This document shows, one piece after another, positions 38,201-50,048 of a stretch of 64,000 bases of DNA (its first letter is position 1; each line of letters starts with the position of its first letter). A program made the translations under genes and the position numbers. Source of the stretch: Amoebophrya sp. A120. Taxonomy: Eukaryota > Protista > Dinoflagellata. Under the pieces are notes generated by a model. That model was not told where the DNA came from, searched no databases, and worked only from the letters and a program-made list of their open reading frames with translations. The stretch spans positions 414,715-478,714 of the forward strand of contig CAJINV010000024.1 in NCBI GenBank assembly GCA_905178155.1, given 5' to 3'.

Positions 38201-38413
38201 GCATGACAGATCCCCTCGCTCGGAAACAAAAGGCGCGGCCTTTTGCTAGCCATGCATGACAGATTTTCTCATGATTTAGACTTCGCATCACAAATTCGAA
38301 TCCTCCCAGACCCAGACATTTTTGCATTTGATAATTTCACCTCGTACCCCGACCCGCTCCCGGCTGTAGCAGAAGGTGGCGACGACGACAAGAATATGGC
38401 GGGAGAGGAATAG
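32249..38413 (+). CDS. Ser/Thr protein kinase, 16 exons, ~761 aa
   Basis: Exons (junctions slide within the DR): 32249-32332, 32601-32686, 32869-32999, 33288-33330, 33571-33589, 33896-34098, 34401-34476, 34754-35021, 35188-35280, 35563-35658, 35928-36170, 36446-36529, 36792-36972, 37214-37389, 37638-38060, 38334-38413. Total 2286 nt, open throughout. Motifs in order: LGAGAFGHV, YAIK, IRE, IHRDMKAQN, DWG, GTDDYHPLE, DLWPFGMILFELL. Confidence 0.9.
32334..32596. mobile_element. introner family 1 (TIR TATCAAATGCAAAA-TGTCTGGGTCTGGAAG)
   Basis: ~33-bp TIR, DR GCAGA/GCAGT, frame restored. Confidence 0.9.
33331..33565. mobile_element. introner family 3 (TIR TATGG..TTCTCAAA)
   Basis: perfect DR CACCT, frame restored. 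Confidence 0.85.
33590..33890. mobile_element. introner (TIR TATC..GGAAAAATCCCC)
   Basis: perfect DR CCCGC, frame restored. Confidence 0.85.
34104..34400. mobile_element. introner family 2 (TIR TATCCTGAGAAAAAACGTCCCC)
   Basis: DR GCTGG/GCACG; relatives at 58653-58975 and 59891-60185. Confidence 0.8.
34482..34753. mobile_element. introner family 1
   Basis: DR GAAGA/GAGGA, joins ILM|EEGVF. Confidence 0.8.
35281..35557. mobile_element. introner family 1
   Basis: perfect DR CAACA; joins kinase subdomain VIII to IX. Confidence 0.9.
35664..35927. mobile_element. introner family 1-like
   Basis: DR TGAAG/TGAAC, frame restored. Confidence 0.85.
36176..36445. mobile_element. introner family 1, inverted orientation
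   Basis: DR GCCGC/GCCGT; interior is the reverse complement of the 32334 element's interior. Confidence 0.9.
36535..36791. mobile_element. introner family 3
   Basis: TATGGGTTCTCAAACGTTATATTCC...GGAATGTAACAGTTGAGAATCCCATA, DR TGGCG/TCGCG. Confidence 0.85.
36978..37213. mobile_element. introner family 4 (TIR TATGAGAGTGCACGACC)
   Basis: DR CGAGC/CGAAG, frame restored. Confidence 0.85.
38066..38333. mobile_element. introner family 1
   Basis: strong TIR, weak DR ACCTG/ATTTC; removal gives the last exon ending TAG at 38413. Confidence 0.8.
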
Positions 38414-38452
38414 TCGGCGACTTCTTCGAGGTGTTGGTGGAGCAGAAAATGT

Positions 38453-38689
38453 TATGGCATTCTCAATTGTTACATTCTCAACTGTTACACGGATTTGTCA
38501 TCCAAAATTGGCATCAGCCTCGACTTGGTCAAGGTGCTTAGCATGACAAATTTTCGAAGGGCTAAGCAGCATGATCCTCTGTGGAAAATCTGTGATGCGA
38601 AAGCTGCAATCTTGCCATTTCCACCGTTGCCATTCTTGCGTCACAAATTCATTATAACAGTTGAGAATGTAACGTTTGAGACCGCCATA
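38453..38689. mobile_element. family 3 element 40 bp downstream of the kinase stop (3' UTR or intergenic)
   Basis: TATGGCATTCTCAA...TTTGAGACCGCCATA, DR AATGT/AATTT. Confidence 0.8.
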
Positions 38690-41600
38690 AATTTGTAATC
38701 ACAGCTAAGATTTTGATTTTCATCTGTCAAGAAGGATGTACTATCGTTGATAAAGTTATGTATATGGATTCACACTGATAAGAGGTGAAACAGGAATAGC
38801 AACAGAACCAGGTCGAAGTACTTTAATAAAAATGCATTTGGTTTCCGTTAATTTTACCTGTGAGCAAGAACAAGTCTTCGTTTGAAATTTCAGGAATTAC
38901 AACCACGACTACGCATCCATAGATACGGTATGGCACGCGTGCCTGCCTATCTCGGTGCAAACGGTTTCGGTTCCCACAGACACGTATAAATATTTTCCAA
39001 CAAATCACTATCAGCCTTGAAAGTGATATTCAAACCTTTCAAAAATAAAGATGTCGAAGCATTGATTTTTTCAAGTGTATGAAAAAAAGAGCGCCAGAGA
39101 GAAGCCCCGGCTTCTTATGTGTACGGGAACTCAGTTTTCACCTTGATGTGTGCGTCAATTTTTACAGATGTGTACGTCGTGGTGGAGGCGAGCACCGCAC
39201 GCAGTTACCTTATTTTCAAACGCGACCCAGTTTCGTTAGCAAAATGCTTTACCTACCGTAGAATTTAGAAAACAGTCATGAATTACTGCAATTTGCAACA
39301 TCAAAAAGTTTTCCTTTTGTATCATCCCAGACCTCCCGTGCCAGCAGTCAGACATAAATTGATGTGCACGGTCGCAAACCACGAATCTTGATTGAGGGTT
39401 TTTCTACGATAATAGATAAGTACTCACTTAGTAGTCTCGCGCTGCACTAAGCGTCGCGAATAAAAATTGAATTTTTAACTTGAGAAACACACTGTCTACA
39501 AACCAGAGACGCAAGGTTCCGATGAATCATAACAAATTGATATAGTATAACATCGTGTAGATAGCTTTTCCTTTTCCATACAGATTTCTATTTCTACGAC
39601 TTCAATTTCGAAGAGCTATGGTACGTAGGGGACAAAGTTCAGATAAATACGTCGCTCGCCCCTTTTCCGTTCGTAGTCATATTCTGCAGAAGGCTCCCGG
39701 AGCCCTCTGCTACTGATATTGATATTGTTGGAGAGGAGCTTTATTTTCTGAGTTTGGTGCTGTGTTTTGATGTGCAAAAGGGAAGAAGCTGCTCCGATGT
39801 GCAACGTGTGCGTCTGGTACTTTGTACAAATAATAACTTTCAACATTCGACGGCGCTGGCTCTCCTCTCGGAGGCATACTTATTTTCTCGCAGTCGTAGG
39901 CGTAGCCGTAGCTTTCATCAACCGGAGATAGTTCGGCCCGATACCGAATCACAGTACGAAATTGCTTAACATTGTTATAGAAAGGCCGACGACGATAAAA
40001 GTATCACATTCAATACTGCACTGACGATCTCTGGTCGTCGCCGCATCGGTGATAAAAGTCGTGTCGAAAGTGCCACCATCAGGGCGACAAGAAATTCACG
40101 GCTGCTTCTGACTGTTTCTCTTGGCGCACGCGCATCTTCTCACTACAGCATAATACGTGCTACATATCTAGATCCACCAACCATGGCGAATGCAATCATA
40201 CTTATACTTATTTACAACCCGAATACTTCTGAACAGATTTTTTGTAGATGGTTTTACGTTCGGAGAAAAAGCCTCGTATTTTTTCAATGACAGCGAAATA
40301 GACGGCGGGCAGGTCCTCTGCCGTCGGCGAGGTCAAAAACCATACATCACCAACGCCTGCCATCGACACACCACAGCCGCGCTGATGGCGAAATATACTT
40401 ACTTGCAGCACGCCATGAGTTTTGATAAAATTAACAGCACGAAAGCGAATGTGATGTGTAGTGTGCTTTTCAAACCTGTTGCACTACATGCTGCATTTGC
40501 ACACGACTCGTATTTGCTTCATTATGATATCGACGGCCAGGGGGCTCTTACATAATCTACCGCTTCAAGGATCCATGCAAACAGATTATAGGCCATTCTC
40601 AATGTGATACGGTGGAAGTGTTTGGCTTCTAAGAATGTAGTTTTGACAGTAACGGATATGACAGTAACGAAGAACATCATCCTGTCAAACTATAGTATTT
40701 GCCAATCGATAGGAAATGTAGTGCGAGCATGCTTTTCGCTGAGCGTTCTTCTTCTTGCGTTACCACAGCTTTTGTACGCCTTTGCTCGTGCAGGTTTCAG
40801 AGCTGTTACGCTCATGTTCTCCTGTGCTGCTGTAGGGCTGCGAAATTCCTTGAGGCAACGGGGAGAGATAAGCCCACGCAGACACGTCCCGCTATGTGTG
40901 TAGCAAGCTATGTTGAGGTCACCGCACTTACTAGCCACGAGATACTAGTACACAAATTGTATTTTTATCCAAAGCAAAAATAGCAACATGGCACAGTGGT
41001 CCAAGCCTTTCTATACGGTTCCGTCATAAGATCTGTTCAGATCAGGCACGACCACGAAGGAGAAGAGGCATAGAATGTAAATGCAAGTACTCCTTTCCGC
41101 TTTCGTGGCACTTGCTGTCGCACTGCCCGAATTTATTGCTTTACGTACTTTCATAGTTTTTTCTTTCAATTTGAGACAGCGAAACAGATACGCATTACGA
41201 AAATTTGACGTAGTATTCTATTTTTGTATATTGTTTGCGAAATTCAAATTTCTATCCTTCTCTGGTCTCAATGTGCTTCTGTACTACTCGTTCCGATGAA
41301 GTTCGTGCGGAGGCACAAGGAGAGTCCAGCCCAAGACCTTTGTTTGTTCGCAAAAAAGCGAAAGCGCTTACGTAGCTTGAGCAGCCGACCCGGAGCATTG
41401 ATTGTTTTGAAGAGTAAAATAAAAGAAAAATGTGTTAGCGACGCATAAAAAACTTTGCAACTGATAGAGATAGCCGCGAGCACAGATACCTAAAGCTGAA
41501 CAAAAAAGGGGTCCTAAGATGCAATAAAGCCCGTCAAGATCATTGGTGTAATAAAGTAACCAAGCTACCCCCGAGATGTAGCGCGCTAATTTTTTGCTCC

Positions 41601-44600
41601 TTTACAATGTTCGGGCAGGGGAGGTTTTGAACTGAGCAGAGATGCTTTGAACGAGACGCAAGCATTTGTTCTACCCTATTTACCTGCCTTGAGTCGTTTC
41701 GGCTCATTTTCGGCAGGCACGCATCTTCCTCTAGTACTTTCCACTACTACGATTTTGCTACATGCATGTCGTGGGTGTGGTCTGTGGTTTTCGAAGATGA
41801 GGGGTTTTTCTGGCTTCAAAGCAATGCAATAGATACAGTGGCTTTTCTTTGTTTTGGAACACATAAAAACTGTGCCTGATACTAGATGCTGTAACGCCGT
41901 CCGCAGCCTGTGCAGAGCGGCTTTTGCGCAGTCTCACTAACATGGCCAAAAAAAGGATCCAATAGGAGCTGGTAGAGATAAACATGCACGAGGTCATTAT
42001 GGTATACTTATCGGCAAAACAAATGTCACCGGAACAACAGCCATGCTTTTAGGCATCTCGTCAGACGCAGAGATCGTGACTCAAACTTCCATTTGGGATT
42101 TCACTTTTCAATATAGTGCAAAGCCCCAAGCTTCTTCTGGGATTTTACGAAGTGGTTTTGCAGCAGCTGCAGCTTCGCAAGGCAGATTACCTCGCAGAGG
42201 TTCTCTTTAGTGGGTTTTCAACAGATGAGCCGGACGTAGTTCGTCTCAGTAAAAAGAAACACAACATGCTTAGGATGGTTGCGAGCCTCTGTGTGGGTGC
42301 ATACATTGTATACTTCATTTTGATGCGAAAAAAACAGAAAAACTGCCTTCGTCGCGCAAACTGGATTCACAGCCACAGTGTGAAGCAGCTCACCAAGGTT
42401 GGTTTGCCCCGGCTCCTGCCGTCGTGTTCCTGGCTGTCCTCTGTTGTTTGTCGGAGTGTAGTGGCCAAGCGGCGCATGTTGTCAAGACCTGTATTGTGTC
42501 GGAGGTTTTGTCGGTCTTATTCATGTGCGGCAGTAGCCTCCGCTCTCTGTAGCGGCGCGCACGCAGTTCCGAAGGGCGGTCCAGAAGCTGGGTAAAGAAG
42601 GCCCTGCGGATTCCTGGACAGGGAGGACGCGTGGCAAAATTTCCAGTCTTGCCGCCCATTTTATTGGGAGAACGCGCGGCAGAGTTCCCAGTTATTCTAC
42701 GATGGCGGAGCCCAGTCAACAGGATTTTTTTTTTTTTCAAGCAAAAGGGCTCCCGCTTTCTCCCCGAAACCGGTCATGTGCCTGTTGCCCCGGGCCGGTA
42801 CCTGGTGCCCTTTCCAGGTATCTAGCGGCGACCAGGCACCCGGGGCCCTGCTGGGGTGCCGGTGTGATGCTCCTGATTTAATGCTGAGCGCCGATGTATT
42901 TTCAATTGCGAAGGGCGAACACGTGCGCACGTGTTCCAACGGTTCGACAGAGCGAGCGAAGAGCGGAGAGCAGTGTCGGGAGCGTATTTCGAAAACCGTG
43001 CGCGAAGTAAAACCTATGCTCAGGGTTGTGAGAATGTTCATGGTGACAGAGCTCCAAAAAGGCCCACCCAAGCTCGGCATGCTTTGTGTGACGGCATGCG
43101 AGCAGCACGCGGAGAAAGGTTCGTGACGTGACATGCGTTCTGCAGAAAGCAAAGAGTACGTAGTAGACGCGCACGACCCCGCCGGCCCGTGGAAGCGTAA
43201 CCAACTCCGTTTGCGGTTGTGAAGCGTAAGGTAGGACTTCGCTCAGCCCTTGGCATAGCCCAAACTAGTGAGGGCCGCCTTTTTTGTCTGCGCTCAAAGT
43301 AAACTCTTGAAGCGGGGGCAGTAGCCTGCTAAATGGATATGGGAACCTGGCCACCGTTTGCATTCAGTTCGGTGAGGCGTTGGGAACTGAAGAAGCCTCT
43401 ACCCCTGAAACGCACGCAGGCCCCTCAAAAGTGCGAAGGGCGTCGGGCTCCAAAAGCTCCTTTGCCTTGTGCAGTGAGCTAGCTAGGCTGTCCTTTGCAG
43501 TGAGCTGAAGCGCGTTGCGCTGACGTGAAAACCAGCTGCGGAGACAGGGGACACAAGAAGAAGCTTTTTCATTTTCAGCAGCAACACCACTACGACTGGC
43601 CCCCATCACTCCGATCAGGTGCCTGTCGCCCCGCGCAGGCGCCTGATGCTCCGGCGGGGTACCTGATGCGCCGGCCAGGTCCCTGGTGGATGCCCCGCGC
43701 AGTTACCTAGTGCCGCGGCCCGGTACCTGCTGCCCCTTTCAGTTGTCTTTTGCCCCAGTCGGGTACCTGATGCCCCTTCTGGGCACCTTGGTCGCGCCCT
43801 CCGTCAGCCGGGCACGTGAGCCAATTGCGGCGTCCGGTGCAGTGCTGGGCCCGGGCCTCAGAGGACCTATAAGCTGCGATACGAACGAGCACAGCGCTCA
43901 GGAGTGGCACAGCCAGAGCAGAGCACTAAACTGGTACGCTGGGAGGATGCGGAAACACCAAGACAAACGCAAGAATAAGCCTGCGCGGGGGAAGAAGAAG
44001 AAAAAAGACGAGCCTGAAATAGCAGAAGGCGGCGATAGCGGTTCCGGCAACAATACTAACGATAGGAAATAGATAGCGTCTAGCGCGTCTAGCTACCGTT
44101 TTGCCCCGTTTTGTTGGGTAATGCTACTACTACTACTCGGAAAGCGGAAAAAAACGAAGGGGGGTTTTGCGGGGGTTCGTAGGATTCCCCACGCAGGAAA
44201 GTCGCTAACTTCGGCGGGAATTCGGTGGGGAAATTTTTTGGGAATTCGGGCCCCCGGGCCTGTTTCATTTCATTCGCGTGCGATTTTGGTACCCCCCCCA
44301 CCCGGGGGTGGTAATTCGCAAAACATTGCACATCGAATTAGCGACGCAAGTAAAGAGTTTTTTTGTGTTCATTTGCCCGGTCCGGGCCGGAATTGCCCAC
44401 GAAATTGAACAAAAATTGCAGACGGAATTGGCCAAAAATTGCACGCAAAATTGCACAAAAATTGCCCGAGTTGGCCGGGCTGTATAATAGCCGGGGCGCC
44501 CCACCTCAAAAGGGGGGCGCTGGCATGGGCCAACGCTTGGCGGCCTCGGTGTGGCTTCCCGTTCTTCCCTTTGGCGCGCCGCCGCGGGTTGTTGTGTGGG

Positions 44601-44737
44601 GTATGCAGTCGGGGTCTTGGCGCCGTTCCGGCGCTTCCACATGCAGAGCCTCGCGCGGAGTGCCGACGGACCTTCGAAATTGCGCAACTTTTGCGCCCAA
44701 TTTAGCACCTTAGGTGGCGCGGCCCCGTTCGCTTGAT

Positions 44738-47700
44738 GATGCCCTAATCAGGCACCTGATACGCCAATCAGGTACCTGAAGCCCTCATCAGGTACCTGAT
44801 GCCCCAGGCAGGTACCTGATGCGCCAATCAGGTACCTGGTGCCTCAATCAGGTACCTGATGCCCCAGTCAGGTACCTGATGCCCCAATCAGGTACCTGAT
44901 ACGCCAATCAGGTACCTGACGCCCCAATCAGGTACCTGATACGCCAATCAGGTACCTGATGCCTTCAGCAGGTACCCCATGCCCCAAGCCGGTACTTGAT
45001 TCCCTAATCAGGTACCTGATGCCCCAATCAGGTACCTGATACGCCAATCAGGTACCTGACGCCCCAATCAGGTACCTGATACGCCAATCAGGTACCTGAT
45101 GCCTTCAGCAGGTACCCCATGCCCCAAGCCGGTACTTGATTCCCTAATCAGGTACCTGATGCCCCAATCAGGTACCTGATACGCCAATCAGGTACCTGAT
45201 GCCCCAATCAGGTACCTGATACGCCAATCAGGTACCTTCTGCCCTAAGCAGGTACCTGATGCCCCAATCAGGTACCCGATGACCCAATCAGGAAGGTACC
45301 TGATACGCCAATCAGGCACCTGCTTCCCTAATCAGGTACCTGATACGCCAGTCAGGTATCTGACGCCCCAATCAGGTACCTGATACGCCAACCAGGTACC
45401 TGATGCCCCAGTCAGGTACCTGGTGCCCCAATCAGGTACCTGACTCCCTAATCAGGTGCCTGATGTCCCAATCAGGTACCTGATACGCCAATCAGGTACC
45501 TGGTGCCCTAATCAGGTACCTGATACGCCAATCAGGTACCTGATGCCCCAGGAAGGTACCTGATACCCTAATCAGGTACCTGCTGCCCCAATCAGGTACC
45601 TGATACGCCACTCGGGTACCTGATGCCCCAATCAGGTACCTGAGGCGCCAAGCAGGTACCTGATACCCGAATCAGGTATCTGATGCCCCAATGGGGTACC
45701 TGATACGCCAATCAGGTACCTGATACGCCAATCAGGTACCTGATGCCCCAATCAGGTACCTGATACGTCAAACAGGTACCTGATTCCCTAATCAGGTACC
45801 TGAGGCCCCAATCAGGTACCTGATACGCCAATCAGGTACCTGATGCCCCTCGTCAGGCACCTGATGCCCCAATCAGGTACGTGACTCCCTAATCAGGTAC
45901 CCCATGCGCCAATCAGGTATCTGATGCCCCGATCAGGTACCGGGTACGCCAATCAGGTACCTGATGCCCTAATCAGGTACCTGATGCCCCAACCAGGTAC
46001 CTGGCGCCCCAATCAGGTACCTGATACGCCAATCAGGTACCTGGCGCCCCCTAATCAGGTACCTGATACGCCAGTCAGGTACCTGATACGCCAGTCAAGT
46101 ACCTGATGCCCGAATCAGGTACCTGGTTCCCCACTAAGGTACCTGATACGCCAATCAGGTACCTGGTGCCCTCATCAGGTACCTGATACGCCAATCAGGT
46201 ACCTGATGCCCCAAGCAGGTACCTGATGCCCCAGTCAGGTACCTGATACGCCAATCAGGTGCTTGATGCCCTAATCAGGTACCTGATGCCTTTCTCAGGT
46301 ACCTGGTACGCCAATCAGGTACCTGATGCCCCAATCAGGTACCTGATACGTCAAGCAGGTACCTGATGCCCGAATCAGGTACCCGATGCCCCAATCAGGT
46401 ACCTGATACGCCAGTAAGGTTGGTACCTGGTGCCCCGTAATCACGTACCTGATACGCCAGTCAGGTACCTGGTGCCCCAGTCAGGTACCTGATACGCCAG
46501 TCAGGTACCTGATGCCCCCCAATCAGGTACCTGACGCCCCAATCAGGTACCTGATACGCCAATCAGGTACCTGGTGCCCCAATCAGGTACCTGATGCCCC
46601 AATCAGGTACCTGGTGCCCCAATCAGGTACCTGATTCCCTAATCCGGTACCTGATGCCCCAAGCAGGTACCTGATACGCCAATCAGGTACCTGATTCGTT
46701 CCCTAATCAGGTACCTGATACGCCAATCAGGTGCCTGATGCCCTAATCAGGTACCTGGTACGCCAATCAGGTACCTGATGCCCCAGTCAGGTACCTGGTA
46801 CGCCAATCAGGGAGGTACCTGTTGCCCCAGTCAGGTTGGTATCTGATTCCCTAGTAAGGTACCTGATGCCCCAATCAGGTACCTGATACGCCATTCAGGT
46901 ACCTGATGCCCTAATCAGGTACCTGGTACGCCAAACAGGTACCTGATGCCCCAGTCAGGTACCTGATACGCCAAGCAGGTACCTGGTACGCCAATCAGGT
47001 ACCTGATGCCCTAATCAGGTACCTGGTACGCCAATCAGATACCTGATGCCCTAATCAGGTACCTGATACGCCAATCAGGTACCTGGCGCCCCAATCTCTC
47101 AGGTACCTGATACGCTAAGCAGGTACCTTATGCCCCACTCAGGAAGGTACCTGATGCCTCAACCAGGTACCTGATTCTCTATTCAGGTACTCGATGCCAC
47201 AAGCAGGCACCTGATACGCCAATCAGGTGCCTGGTGCCTGAATCAGGTACCTGATACGCCAATCAGGTACCTGATGCGTGCCCCAATCAGGTACCTGATG
47301 CCCCAAGCAGGTACGTGAGTCCCTAAGCAGGTACCTGATGCCCCAATCAGGTACCTGATACGCCAATCAGGTACCTGGTGCCCTAATCAGGTACCTCATG
47401 CGCCAGTCAGGTACCTGATGCCCCGAGCAGGTATCTGATACGCCACTCAGGTACCTGATGCCCCAATCAGGTACCTGATGCCCCAATCAGGTGCCTGATA
47501 CGCCAAGCAGGTACCTGATGCCCTAAGCAGGTACCTGACGCCCCAATCAGGTACCTGGTGCCCGATTCAGGTACCTGATACGCTAATCAGGTACCTGGTG
47601 CCCCAGTCAGGTACCTGGTGCCCCAATCAGGTACCTGATACGCCAATCAGGTACCTGATACGCCAATCAGGTACCTGATGCCATAATCAGGCACCTGGCG

Positions 47701-48449
47701 CCCCATGCCCTAAACAGGTACCTGATGCCCCAGTCAGGTACCTGATACGCCAGTCAGGTACCTGATACGCCAATCAGGTACCTGGTGCCCTAATCAGGTA
47801 CCAGATGCCCCAAGCAGGCACCGACCTGATTCCCTAATCAGGTACCTGATGCCCCAATCAGGTACCTGATACGCCAATCAGGTACCTTCTGCCCTAAGCA
47901 CGTAACTGATGCCCCAATCAGGTACCTGATGCCCCAGTCAGGTACCTGATACGCCAATCAGGTACCTGATGCCCAAATCAGGCATCTGATACGCCAATCA
48001 GGTACCTGATGCCCCAATCAGGTACGTGATGCCCCAATCAGGTACCTGATGCGCCAATCAGGTTAGGTACCTGATACGCCAATCAGGCACCTGATGCCCC
48101 AGTCAGGTATCTGATTCCCTAATCAGGTGCCTGCTGCCCCAATCAGGTACCTGATGCCCCAATCAGGTACCTGATGCCCAAATCAGGTATCTGATACGCC
48201 AATCAGGTACCTGATGCCCCAATCAGGTACGTGATGCCCCAATCAGGTACCTGATGCGCCAATCAGGTACCTGATACGCCAATCAGGCACCTGATGCCCC
48301 AGTCAGGTATCTGATTCCCGAATCAGGTACCTGCTGCCCCAATCAGGTACCTGATGCCCCAACCAGGTACCTGATGCCCCAGTCAGGTACCTGATACGCC
48401 AATCAGGTACCTGATGCCCTAATCAGGTACCTGATGCCCCAATCAGGTA
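44738..48449. repeat. 20-bp minisatellite, roughly 185 units, consensus AATCAGGTACCTGAT(GCCCC/ACGCC)
   Basis: directly visible tandem array; 14-bp palindrome ATCAGGTACCTGAT with 6-bp linkers. Confidence 0.98.
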
Positions 48450-49066
48450 TGGGCCACGCAGATCAACTGGCTGACCGGTCGCGCGAGATGGTGGAACTTT
48501 TCCTCCACCCCTGCGGAGACCAGGACGCGCACTGCGGCTAAGCATTGCAGATGTTGCCGGGCTGGGGGTGTTGCAGGGCTTGTAATGACATTCGTCAGAC
48601 GACGTCTGACGAATGTCATTACACGACACCTCTGGTGGACCAGGCCACGCAATGGGAACTGTCATCCACACCTCTGGGCCACGTATTTGCAATGCATAGC
48701 AGCAGGACAAGAGTCAGCCAATCACTGAAGTGGCTGGAGATGCTGAAGGACGAATGCGACAGATTCGAGATCGACCACGGACTGGACGAAGCCATCAAAG
48801 ATGTCGACCGGCTGTATTCTCGTCTGGATTTTTGTCAGGAAGGTTCGTTGCAAAACAACACTTCTGGCATGCAAGTTTTCGAGGACCTCGGCCTCGCAAC
48901 CCAATTCCGCAACGCGATGCAGGAGTCTGGGTTCACCAGTTACACAGAGAAACATCCTCTCTTAGTCAATAACCAGATGCAACATCCGTTTACCTGGGAC
49001 AACATGGTGGGTTCACTGCGCGATGTGGTCGCCGTGAGATGGGGTGATGTGAAAGGCATCTGGTGA
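48450..49066 (+). pseudogene. 5'-truncated copy of the Ubl-family gene (last two exons, introner 48539-48698)
   Basis: DRSREMVELFLHPCGDQDAHC|SRTRVSQSLKWL matches DRLREQVELFLLPSGTWRYHS|SRTRVNQSLKWL; begins at the edge of the satellite. Confidence 0.75.
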
Positions 49067-50048
49067 ACAAAAATCCTGCTAGCGAGACACGACGGTAGAT
49101 ATTGATCATAAGGACGCTTTCTGTTTCAGCTGCTGATTCCTCTTGCGGCGCATGGTGCTGTTTTTGAAACAGCCGGCCGTACCGCTGCGGCTAATGATCT
49201 AGAGCTTCTGTTGGCCAACAGGAGTTTACTAGTGCTTCGATGGATAGTTCCAGTTCGAGTTTGGTCACTGGATAGATCGATTTTGATGTTGCTTGCCTTG
49301 AATTTGATGTTCTGCACATCGCTATCTCGGTTGACTCAAAAAGTCTCGGTTTTATTTTCTACGTGTGCTTAGGCTTAAATGAAGTGAGAGAGTTCGTCTT
49401 CAAATCGCTTTCGTCACGAACCGGTCGCACTCGTCTTTGCAAATCGCACCCAATTTCAAATTGTTTACAGCTTATCTGAAATCGACACAAATTGCAAATG
49501 GTGATGGAGCTACATTAAGTAATCCTCATGTTTTTCTCATTGTGTGATGCTGATGTGAGAGTCGCGCTTCATTTCTTCGTCAAAATTCGTATATACTCGT
49601 TTTCCAGGAGTGGTCAAAACGGCCTTTATATCTCAAATCGCTTCTGTCGTGTTTTAGTTTTTTCTATGCCGAGTGATGAAATTGAACAATCAAGAAAGGA
49701 CTTCTGCAGGTTTTTTTGTGCGAATTTGTTTGGCACTGCCTAGAACCTAAAGCAGCCTACCAGGTCACCACCCACCTCAAGAGGCACGGTAAAAGGAAGA
49801 AAGTGCATCGCTTTCGATTTATTTAAGGATCGCATCTCTCTAAAAGTGACCCGAAATTATCTGTAACCCCCAAAGCTGACCTCATAACTTTTTCTACCTG
49901 TTTTCTCAATCGGCGCCTACTCTCGCCGCCACTCCAACACGTCAAGTCCTCCGCATTCGACGAGAAGCCTGTACTGCTGCCACAGCATCGACGGAACAAC
50001 CGCCAGAGGATTGTGCCGCAGCATCAGCTGTACTCTTCCCGCCGCAAG

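Noticed and set aside
38700-44700. Autonomous transposase, recombinase or RNA gene in the introner-free tract
   Set aside because: Only short ORFs without DDE, tyrosine-recombinase or RT motifs; no tRNA or rRNA pattern recognised.
44738-48449. CRISPR array (palindromic repeats)
   Set aside because: Linkers are 6 bp and recurrent rather than unique 25-45 bp spacers; no cas genes; eukaryotic context.
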